A stretch of DNA of 64,000 bases. Origin: Antedon mediterranea. Lineage: Eukaryota; Animalia; Echinodermata. The position numbers were made by a program, and so were the translations under genes. The DNA is taken from assembly GCF_964355755.1 (NCBI RefSeq), contig NC_092670.1:28012388-28076387 (forward strand). Direction: 5' to 3'. This document shows, piece after piece, positions 11,610 to 25,700 of the stretch (position 1 is its first letter; the number at the start of each line of letters is the position of its first letter). Below the pieces are notes generated by a model, which saw only the letters and a list, made by a program, of their open reading frames with translations, searched no databases and had not been told where the DNA came from.

Positions 11610-14600
11610 TGTTTTTATGGTAACGAGTTATTTCGAAAATCACAAAATGGTCTAAAACGTCTCCAAATGCGATTTGAAGCTATTCTGTACACTTTGCTGT
11701 TTTGTGTGAATATTTTTTGTCAAAATGCTCAAAATGGTCAAAAACGTTTTTTAATACTATATTAAGCTATTTTGTGCTCTTTGATGTTTTTGTGTGAAAA
11801 GTTTTATCGAAATGCTCAAAATGGTCTAAAACGGTTTCTAATGTGATTTTAAGCACTTTGATGTTTTTATGTTAACAACTTTTTTAGAAAATTACAAAAT
11901 GGTGTAAAACGTCTCCAAATGCGATTTGAAGCTATTCTAAGCACTTTGGTGTTTTTATGGTAACGAGTTTTTTTGAATATCACAAAATGGTCTAAAATGT
12001 CTCCAAATGCGATTTGAAGCTTTTCTAAGCACTTTGGTGTTTTTATGTTAACAAGTTTTTTCGAAAATCACAAAATGGTCTAAAACGTCTCCAAATGTGA
12101 TTTGAAGCTATTCTAAACACTTTGGTGTTTTTATGTTAACAAGTTTTTTCGAAAATCACAAATTGGTCTAAAACGTCTCCAAATGCGATTTGAAGCTAGT
12201 TTAAGCACTTTGGTGTTTTTGTGTAACCAAGTTTTTTCGAAAATCACAAAAGGGTCTAAAATGTCTCAAAATGCGATTTGAAGCTATTCTGTACACTTTG
12301 ATGTTTTTTTTGTTAACAAGTTTTTTCGAAAGTCACAAAATGGTCTAAAACGTCTCCAAATGCGATTTGAAGCTATTCTAAGCACTTTGGTGTTTTTATG
12401 TTAACAAGTTTTTTCGAAAATCACAAAATGGTGTAAAACGTCTCCAAATGCGATTTGAAGCTATTCTAAGCATTTGGTGTTTTTATGTTAACAAGTTTTT
12501 TCGAAAATCACAAAATGGTGTAAAACGTCTCCAAATGCGATTTTAAGCTATTCTAAGCAATTTGGTGTTCTTTTATGTTAACAAGTTTTTTCGAAAATCA
12601 CAAAATGGTCTAAAACGTCTCCAAATGCGATTTGAAGCTATTCTGTACACTTTGCTGTTTTGTGAGAATAATTTTTGTCGAAATGCTCAAAATGGTCAAA
12701 AACGTTTTTAAATACGATATTAAGCTATTTTGTGCTCTTTGATGTTTTTGTGTGAAAAGTTTTATCGAAATGCTCAAAATGGTCTAAAACGGTTTCTAAT
12801 GTGATTTTAAGCACTTTGGTGTTTTTATGTTAACAAGTTTTTTCGAAAATCACAAAATGGTCTAAAACGTCTCCAAATGTGATTTGAAGCTATTCTAAAC
12901 ACTTTGGTGTTTTTATGTTAACAAGTTTTTTCGAAAATCACAAATTGGTCTAAAACGTCTCCAAATGCGATTTGAAGCTATTTTAAGCACTTTGGTGTTT
13001 TTGTGTAACCAAGTTTTTTCGAAAATCACAAAAGGGTCTAAAATGTCTCAAAATGCGATTTGAAGCTATTCTGTACACTTTGATGTTTTTTTGTTAACAA
13101 GTTTTTTCGAAAGTCACAAAATGGTCTAAAACGTCTCCAAATGCGATTTGAAGCTATTCTAAGCACTTTGCTGTTTTGTGTGAATAATTTTTGTCGAAAT
13201 GCTCAAAATGGTCAAAAACGTTTTTAAATACGATATTAAGCTATTTTGTGCTCTTTGATGTTTTTGTGTGAAAAGTTTTATCGAAATGCTCAAAATGGTC
13301 TAAAACGGTTTCTAATGTGATTTTAAGCACTTTGATGTTTTTATGTTAACAACTTTTTTAGAAAATCACAAAATGGTCTAAAACGTCTCCAAATGCGATT
13401 TGAAGCAATTCTAAGCACTTTGGTGTTTTTATGGTAACGAGTTTTTTTGAATATCACAAAATGGTCTAAAATGTCTCCAAATGCGATTTGAAGCTTTTCT
13501 AAGCACATTGGTGTTTTTATGTTAACAAGTTTTTTCGAAAATCACAAAATGGTCTAAAACGTCTCCAAATGCGATTTGAAGCTATTCTGTACACTTTGCT
13601 GTTTTGTGTGAATAATTTTTGTCGAAATGCTCAAAATGGTCAAAAACGTTTTTAAATACGATATTAAGCTATTTTGTGCTCTTTTATGTTTTTGTGTGAA
13701 AAGTTTTATCGAAATGCTCAAAATGGTCTAAAACGGTTTCTAATGTGATTTTAAGCACTTTGATGTTTTTATGTTAACAACTTTTTTAGAAAATCACAAA
13801 ATGGTCTAAAACGTCTCCAAATGCGATTTGAAGCAATTCTAAGCACTTTGGTGTTTTTATGGTAACGAGTTTTTTTGAATATCACAAAATGGTCTAAAAT
13901 GTCTCCAAATGCGATTTGAAGCTTTTCTAAGCACTTTGGTGTTTTTATGGTAACGAGTTATTTCGAAAATCACAAAATGGTCTAAAACGTCTCCAAATGC
14001 GATTTGAAGCTATTCTGTACACTTTGCTGTTTTGTGTGAATAATTTTTGTCAAAATGCTCAAAATGGTCAAAAACGTTTTTAAATACTATATTAAGCTAT
14101 TTTGTGCTCTTTGATGTTTTTGTGTGAAAAGTTTTATCGAAATGCTCAAAATGGTCTAAAACGGTTTCTAATGTGATTTTAAGCACTTTGATGTTTTTAT
14201 GTTAACAACTTTTTTAGAAAATTACAAATTGGTGTAAAACGTCTCCAAATGCGATTTGAAGCTATTCTAAGCAATTTGGTGTTTTTATGTTAACAAGTTT
14301 TTTCGAAAATCACAAAATGGTCTAAAACGTCTCCAAATGCGATTTGAAGCTATTCTAAGCACTTTTGTGTTTTTATGTTAACAAGTTTTTTCGAAAATCA
14401 CAAAATGGTCTAAAATGTCTCCAAATGCGATTTGAAGCTTTTCTAAGCACTTTTGTGTTTTTATGTTTACAAGTTTTTTCGAAAATCACAAAATGGTCTA
14501 AAACGTCTCCAAATGCGATTTGAAGCTATTCTGTACACTTTGCTGTTTTGTGTGAATAATTTTTGTCAAAATGCTCAAAATGGTCAAAAACGTTTTTAAA

Positions 14601-17600
14601 TACTATATTAAGCTATTTTGTGTTCTTTGATGTTTTTATGTGAAAAGTTTTATCGAAATGCTCAAAATGGTCTAAAACGGTTTCTAATGTGATTTTAAGA
14701 ACTTTGATGTTTTTATGTTAAAAACTTTTTTAGAAAATCACAAAATGGTCTAAAACGTCTCCAAATGCGATTTGAAGCAATTCTAAGCACTTTGGTGTTT
14801 TTATGTTAACACGTTTTTTCGAAAATCACAAAATGGTCTACAACGTCTCCAAATGCGATTTGAAGCTATTCTAAGCACTTTGGTGTTTTTATGTTAACAA
14901 GTTTTTTCGAAAATCACAAAGTGGTATAAAACGTCTCCAAATGCGATTTTAATGTATTCTAAGCACTTTGGTGTTTTTATGTTAACAAGTTTTTTCGAAA
15001 ATCACAAAATGGTCTAAAACGTCTCCAAATGTGATTTGAAGCTATTCTAAACACTTTGGTGTTTTTATGTTAACAAGTTTTTTCGAAAATCACAAATTGG
15101 TCTAAAACGTCTCCAAATGCGATTTGAAGCTATTTTAAGCACTTTTGTGTTTTTGTGTAACCAAGTTTTTTCGAAAATCACAAAAGGGTCTAAAATGTCT
15201 CAAAATGCGATTTGAAGCTATTCTGTACACTTTGATGTTTTTATGTTAACAACTTTTTTAGAAAATCACAAAATGGTCTAAAACGTCTCCAAATGCGATT
15301 TGAAGCAATTCTAAGCACTTTGGTGTTTTTATGGTAACGAGTTTTTTTGAATATCACAAAATGGTCTAAAATGTCTCCAAATGCGATTTGAAGCTTTTCT
15401 AAGCACGTTGGTGTTTTTATGTTTACAAGTTTTTTCGAAAATCACAAAATGGTCTAAAACGGCTCCAAATACGATTTGAAGCTATTCTAAGCACTTTGGT
15501 GTTTTTATGTTAACAAGTTTTTTCGAAAATCACAAAATGGTCTAAAACGTCTCCAAATGCGATTTGAAGCTATTCTAAGCACTTTGGTGTTTTTATGTTA
15601 ACAAGTTTTTTCGAAAATCACAAAATGGTGTAAAACGTCTCCAAATGCGATTTGAAGCTATTCTAAGCAATTTTGTGTTTTTATGTTAACAAGTTTTTTC
15701 GAAAATCACAAAATGGTCTAAAACGTCTCCAAATGCGATTTGAAGCTATTCTAAGCACTTTTGTGTTTTTATGTTAACAAGTTTTTTCGAAAATCACAAA
15801 ATGGTCTAAAATGTCTCAAAATGCGATTTGAAGCTATTCTGTACACTTTGCTGTTTTGTGTGAATAATTTTTGTCAAAATGCTCAAAATGGTCAAAAACG
15901 TTTTTAAATACTATATTAAGCTATTTTGTGTTCTTTGATGTTTTTGTGTGAAAAGTTTTTTCGAAATGCTCAAAATGGTCTAAAACGGTTTCTAATGTGA
16001 TTTTAAGCACTTTGATGTTTTTATGTTAACAACTTTTTTAGAAAATTACAAAATGGTCTAAAACGTCTCCAAATGCAATTTGAAGCAATTCTAAGCACTT
16101 TGGTGTTTTTATGTTAACAAGTTTTTTCGAAAATCACAAAATGGTCTAAAACGTCTCCAAATGCTATTTGAAGCTATTCTGTACACTTTGCTGTTTTGTG
16201 TGAATAATTTTTGTTGAAATGCTCAAAATGGTAAAAAACGTTTTTAAATACGATATTAAGCTATTTTGTGCTCTTTGATGTTTTTGTGTGAAAAGTTTTA
16301 TCGAAATGCTCAAAATGGTCTAAAACGGTTTCTAATGTGATTTTAAGCACTTTGGTGTTTTTATGTTAACAAGTTTTTTCGAAAATCACAAAATGGTCTA
16401 AAATATCTCCAAATGCGATTTGAAGCTTTTCTAAGCACTTTGGTGTTTTTATGTTAACAAGTTTTTTCGAAAATCACAAAATGGTCTAAAACGTCTCCAA
16501 ATGTGATTTGAAGCTATTCTAAACACTTTGGTGTTTTTATGTTAACAAGTTTTTTCGAAAATCACAAATTGGTCTAAAACGTCTCCAAATGCGATTTTAA
16601 GCAATTCTAAGCACTTTGGTGTTTTTATGTTAAAAAGTTTTTTTCGAAAATCACAAAATGGTCTAAAACCTCTCCAAATGCGATTTGAAGCTATTCTGTA
16701 CACTTTGCTGTTTTGTGTGAATAATTTTTGTCGAAATGCTCAAAATGGTCAAAAACGTTTTTAAATACGATATTAAGCTATTTTGTGCTCTTTGATGTTT
16801 TTGTGTGAAAAGTTTTATCGAAATGCTCAAAATGGTCTAAAACGGTTTCTAATGTGATTTTAAGCACTTTGGTGTTTTTATGTTAACAAGTTTTTTCGAA
16901 AATCACAAAATGGTCTAAAACGTCTCCAAATGTGATTTGAAGCTATTTTAAACACTTTGGTGTTTTTATGTTAATAAGTTTTTTCGAAAATCACAAATTG
17001 GTCTAAAACGTCTCCAAATGCGATTTGAAGCTTTTCTAAGCACTTTGGTGTTTTTATGGTAACGAGTTATTTCGAAAATCACAAAATGGTCTAAAACGTC
17101 TCCAAATGCGATTTGAAGCTATTCTGTACACTTTGCTGTTTTGTGTGAATAATTTTTGTCAAAATGCTCAAAATGGTCAAAAACGTTTTTAAATACTATA
17201 TTAAGCTATTTTGTGTTCTTTGATGTTTTTATGTGAAAAGTTTTATCGAAATGCTCAAAATGGTCTAAAACGGTTTCTAATGTGATTTTAAGAACTTTGA
17301 TGTTTTTATGTTAAAAACTTTTTTAGAAAATCACAAAATGGTCTAAAACGTCTCCAAATGCGATTTGAAGCAATTCTAAGCACTTTGGTGTTTTTATGTT
17401 AACACGTTTTTTCGAAAATCACAAAATGGTCTACAACGTCTCCAAATGCGATTTGAAGATATTCTAAGCACTTTGGTGTTTTTATGTTAACAAGTTTTTT
17501 CGAAAATCACAAAGTGGTATAAAACGTCTCCAAATGCGATTTTAAGGTATTCTAAGCACTTTGGTGTTTTTATGTTAACAAGTTTTTTAGAAAATCACAA

Positions 17601-20600
17601 AATGGTCTAAAACGTCTCCAAATGCGATTTGAAGCAATTCTAAGCACTTTGGTGTTTTTATGGTAACGAGTTTTTTTGAATATCACAAAATGGTCTAAAA
17701 TGTCTCCAAATGCGATTTGAAGCTTTTCTAAGCACTTTGGTGTTTTTATGTTAACAAGTTTTTTCGAAAATCACAAAATGGTCTAAAACGTCTCCAAATG
17801 CGATTTGAAGCTATTCTGTACACTTTGCTGTTTTGTGTGAATAATTTTTGTCGAAATGCTCAAAATGGTCAAAAACGTTTTTAAATACGATATTAAGCTA
17901 TTTTGTGCTCTTTGATGTTTTTGTGTGAAAAGTTTTATCGAAATGCTCAAAATGGTCTAAAACGGTTTCTAATGTGATTTTAAGCACTTTGATGTTTTTA
18001 TGTTAACAACTTTTTTAGAAAATCACAAAATGGTCTAAAACGTCTCCAAATGCGATTTGAAGCTTTTCTAAGCACTTTTGTGTTTTTATGTTTACAAGTT
18101 TTTTCGAAAATCACAAAATGGTCTAAAACGGCTCCAAATACGATTTGAAGCTATTCTAAGCACTTTGGTGTTTTTATGTTAACAAGTTTTTTCGAAAATC
18201 ACAAAATGGTCTAAAACGTCTCCAAATGCGATTTGAAGCTATTCTAAGCACTTTGGTGTTTTTATGTTAACAAGTTTTTTCGAAAATCACAAAATGGTGT
18301 AAAACGTCTCCAAATGCGATTTGAAGCTATTCTAAGCAATTTTGTGTTTTTATGTTAACAAGTTTTTTCGAAAATCACAAAATGGTCTAAAACGTCTCCA
18401 AATGCGATTTGAAGCTATTCTAAGCACTTTTGTGTTTTTATGTTAACAAGTTTTTTCGAAAATCACAAAATTGTCTAAAATGTCTCAAAATGCGATTTGA
18501 AGCTATTCTTTACACTTTGCTGTTTTGTGTGAATAATTTTTGTCAAAATGCTCAAAATGGTCAAAAACGTTTTTAAATACTATATTAAGCTATTTTGTGT
18601 TCTTTGATGTTTTTGTGTGAAAAGTTTTTTCGAAATGCTCAAAATGGTCTAAAACGGTTTCTAATGTGATTTTAAGCACTTTGATGTTTTTATGTTAACA
18701 ACTTTTTTAGAAAATTACAAAATGGTCTAAAACGTCTCCAAATGCGATTTGAAGCAATTCTAAGCACTTTGGTGTTTTTATGTTAACAAGTTTTTTCGAA
18801 AATCACAAAATGGTCTAAAACGTCTCCAAATGCGATTTGAAGCTATTCTGTACACTTTGCTGTTTTGTGTGAATAATTTTTGTTGAAATGCTCAAAATGG
18901 TCAAAAACGTTTTTAAATACGATATTAAGCTATTTTGTGCTCTTTGATGTTTTTGTGTGAAAAGTTTTATCGAAATGCTCAAAATGGTCTAAAACGGTTT
19001 CTAATGTGATTTTAAGCACTTTGGTGTTTTTATGTTAACAAGTTTTTTCGAAAATCACAAAATGGTCTAAAATGTCTCCAAATGCGATTTGAAGCTTTTC
19101 TAAGCACTTTGGTGTTTTTATGTTAACAAGTTTTTTCGAAAATCACAAAATGGTCTAAAACGTCTCCAAATGTGATTTGAAGCTATTCTAAACACTTTGG
19201 TGTTTTTATGTTAACAAGTTTTTTCGAAAATCACAAATTGGTCTAAAACGTCTCCAAATGCGATTTGAAGCTATTTTAAGCACTTTGGTGTTTTTGTGTA
19301 ACCAAGTTTTTTCGAAAATCACAAAAGGGTCTAAAATGTCTCAAAATGCGATTTGAAGCTATTCTGTACACTTTGATGTTTTTTTGTTAACAAGTTTTTT
19401 CGAAAGTCACAAAATGGTCTAAAAAGTCTCCAAATGCGATTTGAAGCTATTCTAAGCACTTTGGTGTTTTTATGTTAACAAGTTTTATCGAAAATCACAA
19501 AATGGTGTAAAACGTCTCCAAATGCGATTTGAAGCTATTCTAAGCACTTTGGTTTTTTATGTTAACAAGTTTTTTCGAAAATCACAAAATGGTGTAAAAC
19601 GTCTCCAAATGCGATTTTAAGCTATTCTAAGCAATTTGGTGTTTTTATGTTAACAAGTTTTTTCGAAAATCACAAAATGGTCTAAAACGTCTCCAAATGC
19701 GATTTGAAGCTATTCTGTACACTTTGCTGTTTTGTGAGAATAATTTTTGTCGAAATGCTCAAAATGGTCAAAAACGTTTTTAAATACGATATTAAGCTAT
19801 TTTGTGCTCTTTGATGTTTTTGTGTGAAAAGTTTTATCGAAATGCTCAAAATGGTCTAAAACGGTTTCTAATGTGATTTTAAGCACTTTGATGTTTTTAT
19901 GTTAACAACTTTTTTAGAAAATTACAAAATGGTGTAAAACGTCTCCAAATGCGATTTGAAGCTATTCTAAGCAATTTCGTGTTTTTATGTTAACAAGTTT
20001 TTTCTAAAATCACAAAATGGTCTAAAATGTCTCCAAATGCGATTTTAAGGTATTCTAAGCACTTTGGTGTTTTTATGTTAACAAGTTTTTTCGAAAATCA
20101 CAAAATGGTCTAAAACGTCTACAAATGCGATTTGAAGCTATTCTAAGCACTTTGGTGTTTTTATGTTAACAAGTTTTTTCGAAAATCACAAAATGGTATA
20201 AAACGTCTCCAAATGCGATTTGAAGATTTTCTAAGCACTTTGGTGTTTTTATGTTTACAAGTTTTTTCGAAAATCACAAAATGGTCTAAAACGTCTCCAA
20301 ATGCGATTTGAAGCTATTCCGTACACTTTGCTGTTTTGTGTGAATAATTTTGTCAAAATGCTCAAAATGGTCAAAAACGTTTTTAAATACTATATTAAGC
20401 TATTTTGTGTTCTTTGATGTTTTTGTGTGAAAAGTTTTATCGAAATGCTCAAAATGGTCTAAAACGGTTTCTAATGAAATGATTTTAAGAACTTTGATGT
20501 TTTTATGTTAACAACTTTTTTAGAAAATCACAAAATGGTCTAAAACGTCTCCAAATGCGATTTGAAGCAATTCTAAGCACTTTGGTGTTTTTATGTTAAC

Positions 20601-22761
20601 AAGTTTTTTCGAAAATCACAAAATGGTATAAAACCTCTCCAAATGCGATTTTAAGGTATTCTAAGCACTTTGGTGTTTTTATGTTAACAAGTTTTTTCGA
20701 AAACCACAAAATGGTATAAAACGTCTCCAAATGCGATTTGAAGCAATTCTAAGCACTTTGGTGTTTTTATGTTAACAAGTTTTTTCGAAAATCACAAAAT
20801 GGTATAAAACGTCTCCAAATGAGATTTTAAGGTATTCTAAGCACTTTGGTGTTTTTATGTTAACAAGTTTTTTCGAAAATCACAAAATGGTCTAAAACGT
20901 CTACAAATGCGATTTGAAGCTATTCTAAGCACTTTGGTGTTTTTATGTTAACAAGTTTTTTCGAAAATCACAAAATGGTATAAAACGTCTCCAAATGCGA
21001 TTTTAAGCTATTCTAAGCAATTTGGTGTTTTTATGTTAACAAGTTTTTTCGAAAATCACAAAATGGTCGAAAATGTCACAAAATGCGATTTGAAGCTATT
21101 CTAAGCACTTTGGTGTTATTATGTTAACAAGTTTTTTCGAAAATCACAAATTGGTCTAAAACGTCTCCAAATGCGATTTGAAGCTATTTTAAGCACTTTG
21201 GTGTTTTTGTGTAACCAAGTTTTTTCGAAAATCACAAAAGGGTCTAAAATGTCTAAAAATACGATTTGAAGCTATTCTGTACACTTTGATGTTTTTTTGT
21301 TAACAAGTTTTTTCGAAAGTCACAAAATGGTCTAAAACGTCTCCAAATGCGATTTGAAGCTATTCTAAGCACTTTGGTGTTTTTATGTTAACAAGTTTTT
21401 TCGAAAATCACAAAATGGTGTAAAACGTCTCCAAATGCGATTTGAAGCTATTCTAAGCACTTTGGTGTTTTTATGTTAACAAGTTTTTTCGAAAATCACA
21501 AAATGGTGTAAAACTTCTCCAAATACGATTTTAAGCTATTCTAAGCAATTTGGTGTTTTTATGTTAACAAGTTTTTTCGAAAATCACAAAATGGTCTAAA
21601 ACGTCTCCAAATGCGATTTGAAGTTATTCTGTACACTTTGCTGTTTTGTGAGAATAATTTTTGTCGAAATGCTCAAAATGGTCAAAAACGTTTTTAAATA
21701 CGATATTAAGCTATTTTGTGCTCTTTGATGTTTTTGTGTGAAAAGTTTTATCGAAATGCTCAAAATGGTCTAAAACGGTTTCTAATGTGATTTTAAGCAC
21801 TTTGGTGTTTTTATGTTAACAAGTTTTTTCGAAAATCACAAAATGGTCTAAAACGTCTCCAAATGTGATTTGAAGCTATTCTAAACACTTTGGTGTTTTT
21901 ATGTTAACAAGTTTTTTCGAAAATCACAAATTGGTCTAAAACGTATCCAAATGCGATTTGAAGCTATTTTAAGCACTTTGGTGTTTTTGTGTAACCAAGT
22001 TTTTTCGAAAATCACAAAAGGGTCTAAAATGTCTCAAAATGCGATTTGAAGCTATTCTGTACACTTTGATGTTTTTTTGTTAACAAGTTTTTTCGAAAGT
22101 CACAAAATGGTCTAAAACGTCTCCAAATGCGATTTGAAGCTATTCTAAGCACTTTGGTGTTTTTATGTTAACAAGTTTTTTCGAAAATCACAAAATGGTG
22201 TAAAACGTCTCCAAATGCGATTTGAAGCTATTCTAAGCACTTTGGTGTTTTTATGTTAACAAGTTTTTTCGAAAATCACAAAATGGTGTAAAACTTCTCC
22301 AAATACGATTTTAAGCTATTCTAAGCAATTTGGTGTTTTTATGTTAACAAGTTTTTTCGAAAATCACAAAATGGTCTAAAACGTCTCCAAATGCGATTTG
22401 AAGCTATTCTGTACACTTTGCTGTTTTGTGTGAATAATTTTTGTTGAAATGCTCAAAATGGTCAAAAACGTTTTTAAATACTATATTAAGCTATTTTGTG
22501 TTCTTTGATGTTTTTGTGTGAAAAGTTTTATCGAAATGCTCAAAATGGTCTAAAACGGTTTCTAATGTGATTTTAAGCACTTTGATGTTTTTATGTTAAC
22601 AAGTTTTTTCGAAAATCACAAAATGGTGTAAAACGTCTCCAAATGCGATTTGAAGCTATTCTAAGCACGTTGGTGTTTTTATGTTAACAAGTTTTTTCGA
22701 AAATCACAAAATGGTCTAAAACGTCTCCAAATGCGATTTGAAGCAATTCTAAGCACTTTGG
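11610..22761. repeat. Higher-order block type a (~11.15 kb), copy 1; second copy at ~35095-46247
   Basis: The GCTAGTTT marker recurs from 12199 to 23351 (11,152) and from 35684 to 46837 (11,153). GGTCTACAAC recurs from 14841 to 25994 (11,153). Confidence 0.85.
21125..22640. repeat. Local tandem of a 780-bp nine-monomer higher-order unit (252 + 6x88); also at ~44610-46125
   Basis: The sequence from ~21125 recurs at ~21905 (offset 780) with few differences. The same 780-bp cassette spacing is seen at 519 to 1299. Confidence 0.8.
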
Positions 22762-25700
22762 TGTTTTTATGGTAACGAGTTATTTCGAAAATCACAAAAT
22801 GGTCTAAAACGTCTCCAAATGCGATTTGAAGCTATTCTGTACACTTTGCTGTTTTGTGTGAATAATTTTTGTCAAAATGCTCAAAATGGTCAAAAACGTT
22901 TTTTAATACTATATTAAGCTATTTTGTGCTCTTTGATGTTTTTGTGTGAAAAGTTTTATCGAAATGCTCAAAATGGTCTAAAACGGTTTCTAATGTGATT
23001 TTAAGCACTTTGATGTTTTTATGTTAACAACTTTTTTAGAAAATTACAAAATGGTGTAAAACGTCTCCAAATGCGATTTGAAGCTATTCTAAGCACTTTG
23101 GTGTTTTTATGGTAACGAGTTTTTTTGAATATCACAAAATGGTCTAAAATGTCTCCAAATGCGATTTGAAGCTTTTCTAAGCACTTTGGTGTTTTTATGT
23201 TAACAAGTTTTTTCGAAAATCACAAAATGGTCTAAAACGTCTCCAAATGTGATTTGAAGCTATTCTAAACACTTTGGTGTTTTTATGTTAACAAGTTTTT
23301 TCGAAAATCACAAATTGGTCTAAAACGTCTCCAAATGCGATTTGAAGCTAGTTTAAGCACTTTGGTGTTTTTGTGTAACCAAGTTTTTTCGAAAATCACA
23401 AAAGGGTCTAAAATGTCTCAAAATGCGATTTGAAGCTATTCTGTACACTTTGATGTTTTTTTTGTTAACAAGTTTTTTCGAAAGTCACAAAATGGTCTAA
23501 AACGTCTCCAAATGCGATTTGAAGCTATTCTAAGCACTTTGGTGTTTTTATGTTAACAAGTTTTTTCGAAAATCACAAAATGGTGTAAAACGTCTCCAAA
23601 TGCGATTTGAAGCTATTCTAAGCAATTTGGTGTTTTTATGTTAACAAGTTTTTTCGAAAATCACAAAATGGTGTAAAACGTCTCCAAATGCGATTTTAAG
23701 CTATTCTAAGCAATTTGGTGTTCTTTTATGTTAACAAGTTTTTTCGAAAATCACAAAATGGTCTAAAACGTCTCCAAATGCGATTTGAAGCTATTCTGTA
23801 CACTTTGCTGTTTTGTGAGAATAATTTTTGTCGAAATGCTCAAAATGGTCAAAAACGTTTTTAAATACGATATTAAGCTATTTTGTGCTCTTTGATGTTT
23901 TTGTGTGAAAAGTTTTATCGAAATGCTCAAAATGGTCTAAAACGGTTTCTAATGTGATTTTAAGCACTTTGGTGTTTTTATGTTAACAAGTTTTTTCGAA
24001 AATCACAAAATGGTCTAAAACGTCTCCAAATGTGATTTGAAGCTATTCTAAACACTTTGGTGTTTTTATGTTAACAAGTTTTTTCGAAAATCACAAATTG
24101 GTCTAAAACGTCTCCAAATGCGATTTGAAGCTATTTTAAGCACTTTGGTGTTTTTGTGTAACCAAGTTTTTTCGAAAATCACAAAAGGGTCTAAAATGTC
24201 TCAAAATGCGATTTGAAGCTATTCTGTACACTTTGATGTTTTTTTGTTAACAAGTTTTTTCGAAAGTCACAAAATGGTCTAAAACGTCTCCAAATGCGAT
24301 TTGAAGCTATTCTAAGCACTTTGCTGTTTTGTGTGAATAATTTTTGTCGAAATGCTCAAAATGGTCAAAAACGTTTTTAAATACGATATTAAGCTATTTT
24401 GTGCTCTTTGATGTTTTTGTGTGAAAAGTTTTATCGAAATGCTCAAAATGGTCTAAAACGGTTTCTAATGTGATTTTAAGCACTTTGATGTTTTTATGTT
24501 AACAACTTTTTTAGAAAATCACAAAATGGTCTAAAACGTCTCCAAATGCGATTTGAAGCAATTCTAAGCACTTTGGTGTTTTTATGGTAACGAGTTTTTT
24601 TGAATATCACAAAATGGTCTAAAATGTCTCCAAATGCGATTTGAAGCTTTTCTAAGCACATTGGTGTTTTTATGTTAACAAGTTTTTTCGAAAATCACAA
24701 AATGGTCTAAAACGTCTCCAAATGCGATTTGAAGCTATTCTGTACACTTTGCTGTTTTGTGTGAATAATTTTTGTCGAAATGCTCAAAATGGTCAAAAAC
24801 GTTTTTAAATACGATATTAAGCTATTTTGTGCTCTTTTATGTTTTTGTGTGAAAAGTTTTATCGAAATGCTCAAAATGGTCTAAAACGGTTTCTAATGTG
24901 ATTTTAAGCACTTTGATGTTTTTATGTTAACAACTTTTTTAGAAAATCACAAAATGGTCTAAAACGTCTCCAAATGCGATTTGAAGCAATTCTAAGCACT
25001 TTGGTGTTTTTATGGTAACGAGTTTTTTTGAATATCACAAAATGGTCTAAAATGTCTCCAAATGCGATTTGAAGCTTTTCTAAGCACTTTGGTGTTTTTA
25101 TGGTAACGAGTTATTTCGAAAATCACAAAATGGTCTAAAACGTCTCCAAATGCGATTTGAAGCTATTCTGTACACTTTGCTGTTTTGTGTGAATAATTTT
25201 TGTCAAAATGCTCAAAATGGTCAAAAACGTTTTTAAATACTATATTAAGCTATTTTGTGCTCTTTGATGTTTTTGTGTGAAAAGTTTTATCGAAATGCTC
25301 AAAATGGTCTAAAACGGTTTCTAATGTGATTTTAAGCACTTTGATGTTTTTATGTTAACAACTTTTTTAGAAAATTACAAATTGGTGTAAAACGTCTCCA
25401 AATGCGATTTGAAGCTATTCTAAGCAATTTGGTGTTTTTATGTTAACAAGTTTTTTCGAAAATCACAAAATGGTCTAAAACGTCTCCAAATGCGATTTGA
25501 AGCTATTCTAAGCACTTTTGTGTTTTTATGTTAACAAGTTTTTTCGAAAATCACAAAATGGTCTAAAATGTCTCCAAATGCGATTTGAAGCTTTTCTAAG
25601 CACTTTTGTGTTTTTATGTTTACAAGTTTTTTCGAAAATCACAAAATGGTCTAAAACGTCTCCAAATGCGATTTGAAGCTATTCTGTACACTTTGCTGTT

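Noticed and set aside
4007-12199. An offset of exactly 8,192 bp suggesting synthetic or computational construction
   Set aside because: The offset drifts by a base or two with nearby indels and the other offsets are not round numbers, so I treat it as coincidence.
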